A stretch of 64,000 bases of DNA from assembly GCA_948466315.1 (NCBI GenBank), contig CAOJZZ010000001.1, positions 16,931 to 80,930 on the forward strand. The letters run 5' to 3'. The notes under the pieces were generated by a model. The model ran no database searches. It was not told the DNA's origin and saw only the letters and a program-made list of their open reading frames with translations. This document shows positions 17,335 through 28,095 of this stretch, in pieces; within the stretch, counting starts at the first letter, position 1; each line of letters begins with the position of its first letter. The translations under genes were made by a program, and so were the position numbers. Source of the stretch: an uncultured Mycoplasmatota bacterium (lineage in GTDB: Bacteria > Bacillota_I > Bacilli_A > RF39 > UBA660).

Positions 17335-18855
17335 CTAAGAAATCTTATCTATTCTTTTAAATAATGGTTGAGGTTGACATAAATTATAAATATTATTATC
17401 AACATATTCTAAACTAACATCAGAAATATTTATTTGACTTAATATTTCCTTACTAGTATCAGGTAAAAAGGGTTCTAATAAAACACCACAAATACGAATT
17501 GACTCTAATAGATTATATAAAACTGTTTGTAATCGCTCTTTATTATCCTCACTTTTAGCCAAAACCCATGGCTCTGTATCATCAATATACTTATTAGACC
17601 TACGTAAAACATTAAATATCTCTGTTATAGCATCACTAACATGTAATTGATCCATTTTATTAGTAACAACATCTTCTAAATTATTAATAGAACCAATAAA
17701 TGCTAAATCTATATCCTCAGAAACTTTAGAATTTGTAATTTTACCAGCAAAATACTTATTTCCCATTGAAATAGTTCTCTGTACTAAATTCCCAAGTACA
17801 TTAGCAAGATCACTATTAATCCTTTCAATAATTAAATCATAAGTAATATTACCATCACTATTAAATGGTATCTCATGAAGTAAATAATATCTAATAGCAT
17901 CTACTCCAAATTGTTCAACCAATGATGAAGCATAAAGAACATTTCCCTTAGACTTACTCATTTTATCACTATTCATCAATAACCAAGGATGACCAAATAT
18001 TTTTTTAGGAAGCTCTAATCCCAAGGACCACAAAAAGCAAGGCCAATATATAGAATGAAAACGAATTATATCTTTTCCAACTAAATGTAAATCAGCTGGC
18101 CATCTTTTCTTAAATTCAAAACTCTCATTATCAACATCATAACCAATATTAGTAATATAATTAGTTAAAGCATCTAACCATACATAAACAACATGATTAG
18201 GATCAAAATCAACTGGTATACCCCACTTTACACTCGTCCTAGATACACATAAATCCTCTAATCCAGGTTTAATAAAATTATTAATCATTTCATTTTTACG
18301 GGATTCTGGATAAATAAAATCATCATGTGAAGCAATATATTTTTCTAATCTATCCTGATATTTACTTAATCTAAAAAAATAAGCTTCTTCAACCTGTTCA
18401 CTCACCTCTCTAGAACAATCAGGACATTTACCATCAACTAACTGAGACTTCGTCCAAAAAGACTCACAAGGAGTACAATAAAGACCTTTATATTCACCCT
18501 TATATATATCACCTTGGTCATACATTTTTTTAAAAATATGTTGAACAACTCCAACATGATTAGAATCAGTAGTACGAACAAATCTATCATAACTAACATT
18601 CATTAAATCCCAAGTATTTTTTATTTCTAAATAAATCTTATCAACATAATCTTTTGGACTAATTGAAGCCTCTTTTGCTTTTTCTTCTATTTTTATTCCA
18701 TGTTCATCAGTACCAGTCTGAAAATAAACATCATACCCTTTTAATCTTTTAAATCTAGCAATAGCATCTGCTAATACAGCCTCATAAGTATTTCCAATAT
18801 GTGGCTTTGAAGAAGTATATGCAATCGCTGTAGAAATATAATATTTTTCTGCCAT
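17335..18855 (-). CDS. metG: methionine--tRNA ligase (short form)
   Basis: PHIGNTYEAV (HIGH) and KMSKS motifs. The likely start is the ATG at 18853-18855 (MAEKYYIST). The track ORF begins 3 codons earlier at a GTG. Confidence 0.9.
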   Translation of the reverse strand: MAEKYYISTAIAYTSSKPHIGNTYEAVLADAIARFKRLKGYDVYFQTGTDEHGIKIEEKAKEASISPKDYVDKIYLEIKNTWDLMNVSYDRFVRTTDSNHVGVVQHIFKKMYDQGDIYKGEYKGLYCTPCESFWTKSQLVDGKCPDCSREVSEQVEEAYFFRLSKYQDRLEKYIASHDDFIYPESRKNEMINNFIKPGLEDLCVSRTSVKWGIPVDFDPNHVVYVWLDALTNYITNIGYDVDNESFEFKKRWPADLHLVGKDIIRFHSIYWPCFLWSLGLELPKKIFGHPWLLMNSDKMSKSKGNVLYASSLVEQFGVDAIRYYLLHEIPFNSDGNITYDLIIERINSDLANVLGNLVQRTISMGNKYFAGKITNSKVSEDIDLAFIGSINNLEDVVTNKMDQLHVSDAITEIFNVLRRSNKYIDDTEPWVLAKSEDNKERLQTVLYNLLESIRICGVLLEPFLPDTSKEILSQINISDVSLEYVDNNIYNLCQPQPLFKRIDKIS

Positions 18856-18904
18856 TTTACTCACTATCCTCTCATATAAATTATATAAAAATTAATACTA
18901 TAAT

Positions 18905-19110
18905 AATAAAAAAAGATTATTAAAATATAAGGACGACAAAATCGCGGTACCACCTTATTTTATAATAATCTAATATTATACACTTTAATAGATAACGCTT
19001 ATCAGCGACTATACCTACATATCGATATAGTAGTTCAAAAGCCATATCCTAAAAAAAGACTATCCTCTTTTTCAGCAACCGAGGTCTCTAATATAGTCAA
19101 AAATTTTAAG
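18905..19110 (-). promoter_or_regulatory. T-box riboswitch leader of metS
   Basis: The minus strand carries AAGGTGGTACCGCG (plus 18944..18957). This sits inside a terminator helix GATTATTATAAAATAAGG/CCTTATATTTTAATAATC followed by U7 (plus 18908..18970). It lies upstream of an aminoacyl-tRNA synthetase. Confidence 0.6.
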
Positions 19111-19162
19111 ACTCTTCATCACAACTTTTAAAAAATACAATCCAAGTATAACATATCAAATT

Positions 19163-19717
19163 TTATTCTTCAACATATTTTCCTAAAAATTGTGCTATAA
19201 CAGTAGCAAGTTTTTCCTCTATTTGTCCAAGACCAGTCTTATCTGATATCACTATAACAAGACCAATCGCATCACCATTCATAATAATTGGACTAATTAT
19301 ATAAGAACCATTTTCTTTTTCATTATCCAATAATTCTATTTCACTAATTGTCTTTTCTACAATATTTTTTCTGTCTCCCATCATTTTCTCTAAATACTTT
19401 GAAATATTCTTATCTAAATATTTCTTTTTCAAGGATCCAGCAACAGCAATAAATTTATCACGATCTGTAACAAAGACATTTTTATTAATAACATCATTAA
19501 TAATATCTACTAATTCTTTTGATACTTCTTCCATATTAGACATCTTTGAAAATTTCTTTAAGGCAATCATTTCTCTATCCACAAAGATTTCCAAAGACTC
19601 CCCATCACGAATTCTAAGAGTACGTCGAATTTCTTTTGGAATAACAATTCTTCCTAAATCATCCACTCTTCTTACTACACCAGTTGACTTCATACAATTA
19701 TTCCTCACTTTCTCCAT
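19163..19717 (-). CDS. spoVT: stage V sporulation protein T (AbrB-type N-domain plus GAF)
   Basis: TGVVRRVDDLGRIVIPKEIRRTLRIRDGESLEIFVD matches the SpoVT/AbrB swapped-hairpin domain. The 184-aa length fits SpoVT. Confidence 0.85.
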   Translation of the reverse strand: MEKVRNNCMKSTGVVRRVDDLGRIVIPKEIRRTLRIRDGESLEIFVDREMIALKKFSKMSNMEEVSKELVDIINDVINKNVFVTDRDKFIAVAGSLKKKYLDKNISKYLEKMMGDRKNIVEKTISEIELLDNEKENGSYIISPIIMNGDAIGLVIVISDKTGLGQIEEKLATVIAQFLGKYVEE

Positions 19718-19861
19718 ACTAATATTTTCTCTATATTATTGCAATTTATACCTAATATTTCCTCTAATAATATTATAAACAATATTCTAAAAAATTCTTT
19801 TGGTAATTATTTCCATATATATATTGCAACAAAAAAAAAGAAATACTCATTGAATATTTCC

Positions 19862-20539
19862 TTACTCCAAATTAGTATCTTGTCTGAAAATCCTAGAATT
19901 AGATAAAGTAAAAAGATATCTATCAGATTGCTCTCTAACACCATTAATTAACGTTGTATCTTTAACTAAAACCTTAATATCTATATTCTCTAATAATTGT
20001 CTCTGATAAGCTCCTGATATAAACTTAATTGCTTCTCTACTAATTTTTTTTTGTAAATCTATTGGTGTATTATCAGTAAACACTCTATTTACATTATTGA
20101 CAATTTTTTTTTCAATAGAACTCTTAACATGCTCTTTTATAAACTTTTTATTTTTTTTATTAACAGCAATAAAATCCTTTTTATTTAATTTAATAATCCC
20201 ATTAGTAATATCATCTGATATATCATTAACCTTTGAAGATAACTCCTCAATTCTACACTTTTTAATAGTATCACAACAATTTATCAATTCACCCCTATAA
20301 TCATCCAATATATTATCAAGTTCAGAGGTATTTAAAATAACTGCATTTTTTTTTGCTAAATCTAAAAATTTAGTTTTAATAACATCCATAGAATCCAAAG
20401 GTGGCTTTTTTAATAAAGATAAAATATCTTCTTCTACCAAAACATTAGTATTGTTTTTTATATTTTCTAAAATTGCATTTTTATAATTATCTATATGTTG
20501 TCTCTTAAACTCTTCCAAAGTATCATTCATTATATACAC
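19862..20539 (-). CDS. hypothetical protein
   Basis: 225-aa ORF between mfd and spoVT with no recognisable motifs. Confidence 0.4.
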   Translation of the reverse strand: MYIMNDTLEEFKRQHIDNYKNAILENIKNNTNVLVEEDILSLLKKPPLDSMDVIKTKFLDLAKKNAVILNTSELDNILDDYRGELINCCDTIKKCRIEELSSKVNDISDDITNGIIKLNKKDFIAVNKKNKKFIKEHVKSSIEKKIVNNVNRVFTDNTPIDLQKKISREAIKFISGAYQRQLLENIDIKVLVKDTTLINGVREQSDRYLFTLSNSRIFRQDTNLE

Positions 20540-20690
20540 ATATAATCTAATTATGAAATTTCTTCACATATATTAGATCCCTTTCTGCTTCTATTTTTTA
20601 TAACCAAATAAGTTATAATGTTTAAACAATATAGAACTACATCTATTTTATTACACTATCGTATAATAAATTTAACAAGTATTTTCTAAT

Positions 20691-23600
20691 TTAGTCAAGA
20701 TTATTTCCAAATTTATCAACAATTTTATCTAATAAACTTACTAAATAATAAACTGGGTGTTTTTCTAATTTTATAATATCTAAAACAATAACTAAATTAT
20801 CACCTTTACTTATAAACCTAAACATATTAGAAATATAAAAAGCATCCATAAATATCTCTTCTGTATCAAGATTCAAAACAACTTCTTTTGGAAAAAACAA
20901 TTCTATAGAATTTTTAGTTTGATTAACCTTAGAAATTTTTAATTTTCCAGCTAATTTCTCAAACCATTCTTCATACATATAAATTATTAGGTCGTCACTC
21001 AATCTACCAAATCTATCTTCTAATTCCATTTTAATAGCATCAAAAGTCTCTTGTGAACTTATTTCATTTATCTTTTGATGAATCTCTATTTTTAACTCAT
21101 CATCACTAACATAAGAATCATCAATATGAGTACTAACATTTAATAAAGGTTGCCCTTCTTGTGAATCAGCCTCTTCACAACTTTCAATATTTTTTCTTCG
21201 ATTAACCTCATCATTTAACATTTTTAAATATAAATCAATTCCAACTGAATCTATAAAGCCCGCCTGTTCACTACCAAGAATATCTCCAGCACCACGAATG
21301 GATAAATCTCTTGTCGCAATAGCAAATCCACTTCCTAGCTCTGTAAATTCCTTAATAACATTAAGTCTTTTGACAGCTGTTTCTGTTAAACTTTTAAATG
21401 GTTTATACATAAGATAAGCATATGCAAACTTATCACTTCTTCCTACACGCCCCCTAATCTGATAAAGCTGACTCAAACCAAAATGATCTGCATCCATAAC
21501 AATTAAAGTATTCACATTAGGAATATCAATACCTATTTCTATAATAGTTGTACAAATCAAAACATCATACTCGTAATTTATAAAATCAACAATACAATTT
21601 TCCAAATCACTCTTAGACATTTGTCCATGTGCAGTAGCAATTCTTGCATCAGGAACTAATTTATTGATACGACTACTAACCTCTTCGATTGATTGAACTC
21701 TATTATATAAAATAAAAACCTGTCCCTTTCTTGATAACTCTTTATAAATAGCATCCTTTAAAATTTGATTATTCTCTTCCAAAACATAAGTCTGAACAGG
21801 ATACCTATTCATTGGAGGAGTTTCAATTAAAGACAAACTGCGTATTCCAACTAAGGACATCTGTAATGTTCTAGGAATAGGAGTTGCAGTTAAAGTAAGA
21901 ACATCAACATTAGTTTTATATTGTTTAATTTTTTCTTTATGTGTAACCCCAAACCGTTGCTCCTCATCAATTACCAATAACCCTAAATCATGAAGCTTAA
22001 CATCATCACTAAGTAATCGATGAGTTCCAAATACTAAATCTATTGTTCCATCAAGTAAACCAGCTAAAATTCTCTTCACTTCCCTCGGTTGAGTAAATCG
22101 ATTCAACAAAGCAATAGACACAGGAAAATTCTTAAAACGAACAATAGCATTCTCATAATGCTGATTAGACAAAATAGTGGTAGGGCATAAAAATAAAACT
22201 TGCTTTGAATCTAATATTGCCTTAAAAGAAGCAATAAAAGCCACTTCAGTCTTTCCAAAACCTACATCACCACATAAAAGTCTATCCATTGGAACAACCG
22301 CTTCCATATCTGCCTTTATCTGTTGAATTGCCAAACTCTGACCATCTGTCAATTTATATGGAAAAGCTTTTTCAAAATCATCTAACATATCACAATCCTT
22401 AGAAAAAGCAAATCCCTTTCTAGACTCCCTTTCAGCATAAAGCGCTAATAATTTATCAGCCATATCAACTACCCTTTTACGAACCCTAGATTTAGTTCTT
22501 TCCCACTCCATAGAACCAAGTTTATTAATTTTGGGGACAACTCCCTCTTGTCCTGAATATTTACTAAGTAAATCAATTTTCTCAACAGGAATATATATCT
22601 TATCAGTTCCATGATATAAAATCTCTAAATAATCCTTAGTAATATCAGCCAAATTCAAAGTCTTAATACCATTATAAATTCCTATACCATGAACATTATG
22701 AACAACATAATCCCCAATAGACAACTTAGAAATATCCTTAATAGCAGTAGCATACTTAAATTTAGTATTATATTTCTTTTTCTTCTCACTCTTAATAAAT
22801 AATTCATTAGCAGTTAAAATAACAAATTTTTCATAAATAAATCCCTGATTTAACTCTTTTTCAACAAGATTAACCTCTCCTATATTAATATTATCAAAAG
22901 TAGCCTCAAATAATTTCATATTTAAATTTTTAACTATACTAACTAACTGATACTTTTGTAAACAAATAATTACTGTATAACCATCAGATATCCAATTACG
23001 TATAGACTTATTAATCACATCAACATTTTCAGAAAAAGAAGAAATTGTTTTTACAGAAAAATCAATAATTTTAGAATAATCCTTTTTTTTGACATAATTA
23101 TTTATCGATAAATAATGAATTGGATAAGAAACAGCAACATCCTCCATATCAAACATATACTTACCTTTGAAACCACTGTCTTTTGTTTCCCTATAAGTTA
23201 AAATATCTTCTTGTATTTGCTTATAACTTACTAAAAGTTGAGAATAATCTTTAAAAAAAGTAATACAATCAGGCAAATAATTAGCAATAGAAGAAACATT
23301 ACCATATTCTGGTAAATATTTTTGTTTACCAAATTGTTCTTCGATAACATCATTATGTGTTAAAAATTCAATATATGGTTTAATTAAAATACTATCTAAA
23401 GAATCTAATGATTTTTGTGTTTCTGCATCAAAAGTTCTAATAGACTCAATTACATCATCAAAAAATTCAATACGAACAGGTAATTCCTCATCAACAGGAA
23501 ATACATCTACTATAAATCCTCTAACTCCCACCTCACCAGTCTTATTAACAATTGTATCTCTAAAGTAACCACTAGAAATCAATTTATCTATCAACAACTT

Positions 23601-24011
23601 CGGCTCAATACAATCTCCAACCTTTAATTCTATAATAAAATCTTTATAAGTCTTTTTATTAGGTAAAAAACGTAAAAATCCCATTAAATTAGTAATAATA
23701 ATATTAGAATCATCACTATCAACTACAGAATTAATTGTTTCTAATCTAGTAATCTGCAAATCTGGGCTAATAGCTAAAGCCTCACTAGTTAAAAAATCAT
23801 CCATCGGAAATAAAAAACAATTAGAAGTATAATTAGAAAGAGAAGAATATAAAGAATTAGCTTCATATAAAGAACTAACAACAACTAAAATATCCCTTTT
23901 CTCTTTCTTTAAGACATTATTTATAAAAACACTAAAAAACTCATCAGTAAGTCCTAACAATCCCATATTTTTTTCAAGATTAATAGAAAGAAATGGACTT
24001 AAAAAATTCAT
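20691..24011 (-). CDS. mfd: transcription-repair coupling factor Mfd
   Basis: 1106 aa with superfamily-2 helicase motifs GDVGFGKTEVA, DEEQRFG, TATPIPRT and a TRCF domain. Confidence 0.95.
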   Translation of the reverse strand: MNFLSPFLSINLEKNMGLLGLTDEFFSVFINNVLKKEKRDILVVVSSLYEANSLYSSLSNYTSNCFLFPMDDFLTSEALAISPDLQITRLETINSVVDSDDSNIIITNLMGFLRFLPNKKTYKDFIIELKVGDCIEPKLLIDKLISSGYFRDTIVNKTGEVGVRGFIVDVFPVDEELPVRIEFFDDVIESIRTFDAETQKSLDSLDSILIKPYIEFLTHNDVIEEQFGKQKYLPEYGNVSSIANYLPDCITFFKDYSQLLVSYKQIQEDILTYRETKDSGFKGKYMFDMEDVAVSYPIHYLSINNYVKKKDYSKIIDFSVKTISSFSENVDVINKSIRNWISDGYTVIICLQKYQLVSIVKNLNMKLFEATFDNINIGEVNLVEKELNQGFIYEKFVILTANELFIKSEKKKKYNTKFKYATAIKDISKLSIGDYVVHNVHGIGIYNGIKTLNLADITKDYLEILYHGTDKIYIPVEKIDLLSKYSGQEGVVPKINKLGSMEWERTKSRVRKRVVDMADKLLALYAERESRKGFAFSKDCDMLDDFEKAFPYKLTDGQSLAIQQIKADMEAVVPMDRLLCGDVGFGKTEVAFIASFKAILDSKQVLFLCPTTILSNQHYENAIVRFKNFPVSIALLNRFTQPREVKRILAGLLDGTIDLVFGTHRLLSDDVKLHDLGLLVIDEEQRFGVTHKEKIKQYKTNVDVLTLTATPIPRTLQMSLVGIRSLSLIETPPMNRYPVQTYVLEENNQILKDAIYKELSRKGQVFILYNRVQSIEEVSSRINKLVPDARIATAHGQMSKSDLENCIVDFINYEYDVLICTTIIEIGIDIPNVNTLIVMDADHFGLSQLYQIRGRVGRSDKFAYAYLMYKPFKSLTETAVKRLNVIKEFTELGSGFAIATRDLSIRGAGDILGSEQAGFIDSVGIDLYLKMLNDEVNRRKNIESCEEADSQEGQPLLNVSTHIDDSYVSDDELKIEIHQKINEISSQETFDAIKMELEDRFGRLSDDLIIYMYEEWFEKLAGKLKISKVNQTKNSIELFFPKEVVLNLDTEEIFMDAFYISNMFRFISKGDNLVIVLDIIKLEKHPVYYLVSLLDKIVDKFGNNLD

Positions 24012-24015
24012 AATA

Positions 24016-24588
24016 TCACCTATTCTTACGATTATATTTATTCATTAAATCAATAAATGAATAAGAAAAAAAATCATCTAATATATTCTCTAAAACACCA
24101 TATAAAGAAGCAAATATATCAAGTTCAGGATTGGTAAATTTACCCAACACATAATCTCTAGTATCAATTTTTTTATTATTTGAAATACCAATCTTTAATC
24201 TCTTATAAAAAGAAGTATTTAAAAATTTCTCAATATCTTTAAGACCATTATGTCCACCACTCGAACCCCTATCTCGTAATCTAAAATTTCCTATCAGTAA
24301 ATCTAAATCATCCGAAATAACCAAAATATTATCAATATCAATTTTAAAAAAATCAACATACTTTCGAACTACAGAACCAGATAAATTCATAAATGACAAA
24401 GGTTTTAAAAAAATAACCTTTTCACCATACAATTCACTTTTAATAAATAAACCATTAAACTTTTCCTTCCACTCACCATTATCTATTCCCTTACGCAAAA
24501 TATAATTATCTAAAACATTAAAACCTACATTATGTCTTGTATTTTTATATTCTATACCAGGATTACCCAAACCAACAATTAATTTCAT
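24016..24588 (-). CDS. pth: peptidyl-tRNA hydrolase
   Basis: MKLIVGLGNPG...TRHNVGF. Confidence 0.9.
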   Translation of the reverse strand: MKLIVGLGNPGIEYKNTRHNVGFNVLDNYILRKGIDNGEWKEKFNGLFIKSELYGEKVIFLKPLSFMNLSGSVVRKYVDFFKIDIDNILVISDDLDLLIGNFRLRDRGSSGGHNGLKDIEKFLNTSFYKRLKIGISNNKKIDTRDYVLGKFTNPELDIFASLYGVLENILDDFFSYSFIDLMNKYNRKNR

Positions 24589-24629
24589 TTTTACCTCCTA
24601 AAATAATAAAAACTATAAACATAAAATTA

Positions 24630-25475
24630 TTACTCTCTCTTTTGTTGATGATATTCCTTATAAACAACTGATTTTGGAACATTTCGCTCACGAGCAACAA
24701 TTTTTATAGCTTCCATCTCACTTATATCATCATCTAAATATACTTTCACATGCTCATATATTGATAAATCACTATAATCAACAGCATCTTTATTCCCTTC
24801 AACTATTAAAACAAACTCTCCCTTAAGTGTAGAAACAATAGGAATTAAAGAACTAATTTTATCTCTATATATTTCTTCATAAATTTTAGAAATTTCACGA
24901 TTAATACTAATCATTCTATCTCCAAAAATAGAAAGCATGTAAATTAAAGTGTCCTTAATTCTATGAGGAGATTCGTAAAAAATTAATGTATACTTTAATT
25001 TCTTCAATGCTTCTAACTCCTTTTTTCTCCTAGAGTCCTTAGCATTTAAAAAGCCATAAAACAAAAAAGGAGCTGGAGATATTCCAGAACAAGTAAGAGC
25101 AGGTACAAAAGCAGTAGCTCCAGGTAAACTAACCACGTTAAAACCATACTTTATAACTTCACAAACTACTATATATCCAGGATCACTAATAATTGGTGTA
25201 CCCTGATCAGTAACCAAACCAATATTATCACCTATTTTCAATCGACCAATAATATATTCCTTAACTTTATCCTCATTAAACTGATGACAACTAACTAATT
25301 TCTTCTTAAGATTATATTTATTAAATAATTTCAAAGTTTCCCTAGTATCTTCACATAATACAAAATCTACCATCTCCAAAGTCTTCAAAGCACGAATTGT
25401 AATATCTTCTAAATTACCTATAGGAGTTGGTATTAAATACAAACTAGCACTACCATCATAACTATTTTGACTCAT
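24630..25475 (-). CDS. rsmI: 16S rRNA (cytidine1402-2'-O)-methyltransferase RsmI
   Basis: LYLIPTPIGNLEDITIRAL indicates the tetrapyrrole-methylase fold. Confidence 0.85.
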   Translation of the reverse strand: MSQNSYDGSASLYLIPTPIGNLEDITIRALKTLEMVDFVLCEDTRETLKLFNKYNLKKKLVSCHQFNEDKVKEYIIGRLKIGDNIGLVTDQGTPIISDPGYIVVCEVIKYGFNVVSLPGATAFVPALTCSGISPAPFLFYGFLNAKDSRRKKELEALKKLKYTLIFYESPHRIKDTLIYMLSIFGDRMISINREISKIYEEIYRDKISSLIPIVSTLKGEFVLIVEGNKDAVDYSDLSIYEHVKVYLDDDISEMEAIKIVARERNVPKSVVYKEYHQQKRE

Positions 25476-26230
25476 TTTCTCACCTCAACACATAAAGTTT
25501 CATATTCAGAAGTTTTCCCACCATCATTATTATACAATATAAATGGATTTTCAACCTTTAATCCAACATGACCATTCTTCTGTCCCTCAATTAATACTAA
25601 AATGGCCTCTTTATCAACTCTTTCATAAACAAACTGAATACGTTTTGGTTCAATATTACTTTTTCTAAATTCAAATAGAATTTCCATCAAACGTTCTGGT
25701 CGATGAACTATTGCGAAATTACCATTATTTTTTAAAATTCTCTTAGCAACCGCAAAAACATCACTCAAATTAATACTAACTTCATGACGAGCAATAACCT
25801 TTTCTATATTCAAATTAAAATAACTATTCTCACAAACTTTAAAATATGGTGGATTACAAGTAACCAAATCAAACAATGAATCAGTCTCAGAACTAACAAA
25901 ATCTTTCATATCCATAGTAATAATTTCTATTTGATCATCTAATTTATTATAAGAAACTGATTTTTTCGCCATTTCACTAAGTCTAGATTGTAATTCAACA
26001 CCTAAAATATGCTTTTGACTCCTAAGTGATAAAATAAGAGGAATTACTCCATTTCCACAACCTAAATCAACTATTTCTTTATCTCTTTTTCGAATAGTTG
26101 CAAAATTAGCAAGCATTATACTATCTAATGAAAAAGAAAAACAATCAGTATCTTGATAAATTTTTCTATTCTTATAACCTAATATATCATTTAATACTTC
26201 CATTTTCTTTATCAACTGGAAATTTAACAA
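25472..26230 (-). CDS. N6-adenine-specific methyltransferase (YabB / TrmN6-like)
   Basis: NPPY motif (CNPPYFKV) and SAM-binding DLGCGNG. It occupies the yabB position before rsmI. Confidence 0.6.
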   Translation of the reverse strand: MLNFQLIKKMEVLNDILGYKNRKIYQDTDCFSFSLDSIMLANFATIRKRDKEIVDLGCGNGVIPLILSLRSQKHILGVELQSRLSEMAKKSVSYNKLDDQIEIITMDMKDFVSSETDSLFDLVTCNPPYFKVCENSYFNLNIEKVIARHEVSINLSDVFAVAKRILKNNGNFAIVHRPERLMEILFEFRKSNIEPKRIQFVYERVDKEAILVLIEGQKNGHVGLKVENPFILYNNDGGKTSEYETLCVEVRK

Positions 26231-27005
26231 TTCCCTTCTCCTTAAAATCTACATCATAAGTCTTACCAAACACATCTAAAGATACAACCTTCCCTACTCC
26301 TAAAGGTGTTTCAACAAAAGCACCCATTTTAGGTAATTTCTTCTTCAATTGCGAATAAGTATCATTTTCGTATTCAAGACAACATAACAATCTTCCACAA
26401 ACACCATTAATTTTTGAAGGATTCAAAGCCAAAAATTGATTTTTAGCCATATTAATAGAAACACTATTAAAGTCGGTTAAAAAAGAATTACAACATAAAA
26501 ACAAACCACAAGGACCTAAACCACCTATTTTTTTAGCCTTATCACGTACCCCAATTTGACGTAATTCAATTCTAGTTTTATATTTTTGAGCTAATTTTTT
26601 AGCTAATTCTCTAAAATCAACTCGGTTATCCGATAAAAAAGAAAAAATCAATTGAGATTTATCAAGATTATAATAACATTCCACAAAATTCATACTAAGA
26701 TTCAAACTTTTACTTATTCTTTTAGCATCACCCAAGGCCTTTGATGAAACATCAATATTATTCTCATTTTCTAAAAGATCATTAGAAGTAGCCATTCTAA
26801 CAACGTTCTTTAAAGGAAGTACCAAATTTTCCTTTTTTTCTTTATAATTAGATCTACATACTTCACCCAACTGCAACCCATTATCAGTCTCAATAACAAC
26901 GATATCTCCAACACTTAATGATAAATTATTGGGCTCTAAAAAAAACATTCCCTTAGTTGACTTTAATCTAACTGCTACCAAACTAACCATAACGACAACC
27001 TCCAA
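26187..27005 (-). CDS. ricT: PSP1-domain protein YaaT/RicT (stage 0 sporulation protein)
   Basis: PSP1 C-terminal domain with a Cys-rich segment. It follows holB as in Bacillus. Confidence 0.75.
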   Translation of the reverse strand: MEVVVMVSLVAVRLKSTKGMFFLEPNNLSLSVGDIVVIETDNGLQLGEVCRSNYKEKKENLVLPLKNVVRMATSNDLLENENNIDVSSKALGDAKRISKSLNLSMNFVECYYNLDKSQLIFSFLSDNRVDFRELAKKLAQKYKTRIELRQIGVRDKAKKIGGLGPCGLFLCCNSFLTDFNSVSINMAKNQFLALNPSKINGVCGRLLCCLEYENDTYSQLKKKLPKMGAFVETPLGVGKVVSLDVFGKTYDVDFKEKGIVKFPVDKENGSIK

Positions 27006-27852
27006 TCAATCGTGCAAATAAAGAATCCATCCACAACTTATAATTAACATTATACTCTAATTTATTAATTTCTTCTTCAATAATTGATATATACCCCACA
27101 ATATCTGTAAAATCTACATTTTTAAGAACAAAACAAATCTCTTCTCCACAAGAAAAATCAACTGAATCAACAGAATAACACAAAAAATTAATCAAAATAA
27201 TTTCCAAGTCACTAAAAAACTGTTTTGCTAAAATTTTATCAGACAAAAAACTGTTAACCATTTCAGTATACTTTACAAATAAATCATCTTTTTTTATAAG
27301 CGCCTTTAAAAAAAAGATTATTGTCTCTAAATCAGATACCACATTTATACTATTTTTCAAAGACAAAACTTGACACCTAGATAAAATCGTTTCTAATAAA
27401 CGATATCTATTATTAGTAACTAATATAGCAATAATATTATCCTCAGGCTCTTCCAAAAATTTTAAAATAGTATTTGCTGATGCAGTATTTAATTTTTCTG
27501 CTTCTTTAATAATATAAATTCGTTTATTATCTAATAAAGACTTATTACTATAATCAACCTGCAAATCTAACAATTGTTTTTTCTTTATAAAACTACCATC
27601 AGGTTCTATAATTTTTAAATCTAAATAATTGTTACTATCAATAAGACTACATAAATGACAATCACCACAGTTATGTATATCAATTGTTTTATTTTCCTTC
27701 TGACACAAAATAATTTTTACAAAATCTAAAATATATTGAAAATCTCTATCATAATCATCAATCTCAATCACATAGGCATGGGAAATTCTATTAAATTCCA
27801 CCAATTTTTGTACAATATGAAAAAAATTATAAATATTATCAGAAGTTTTCAA
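26983..27852 (-). CDS. holB: DNA polymerase III subunit delta'
   Basis: HAYVIE, CGDCHLCS zinc module, LKFLEEP and SRCQ motifs. Confidence 0.8.
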   Translation of the reverse strand: MKTSDNIYNFFHIVQKLVEFNRISHAYVIEIDDYDRDFQYILDFVKIILCQKENKTIDIHNCGDCHLCSLIDSNNYLDLKIIEPDGSFIKKKQLLDLQVDYSNKSLLDNKRIYIIKEAEKLNTASANTILKFLEEPEDNIIAILVTNNRYRLLETILSRCQVLSLKNSINVVSDLETIIFFLKALIKKDDLFVKYTEMVNSFLSDKILAKQFFSDLEIILINFLCYSVDSVDFSCGEEICFVLKNVDFTDIVGYISIIEEEINKLEYNVNYKLWMDSLFARLIGGCRYG

Positions 27853-27868
27853 AATAACACCTCACAAC

Positions 27869-28054
27869 TCACAATACAAAGATTTTAAATAAAATAAATG
27901 CAACAAGGGCTGGTGCACCCAAAAAAGTAAGTCCAAAAAGAGTAAAAATATTGATTGGAATCATCATATTAAAATTAACAGCAATCAAATTATATCCATA
28001 TAAAATAAATGCACCTAAAACAAAATTCTTAAATATTGTTGGCAACTTTTTCAT
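27869..28054 (-). CDS. bofA: BofA-like small membrane protein (pro-sigmaK processing inhibitor family)
   Basis: 61 aa with two TM helices. IPINIFTLFGLTFLGAPALVAFILFKIF matches BofA VPINLVTTAISGILGIPGIAALVVIKQFI. It is near recR as in Bacillus. Confidence 0.6.
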   Translation of the reverse strand: MKKLPTIFKNFVLGAFILYGYNLIAVNFNMMIPINIFTLFGLTFLGAPALVAFILFKIFVL

Positions 28055-28095
28055 AACATCATCTCCTTATTAGAAGATATGAAATGGAAAAATTA

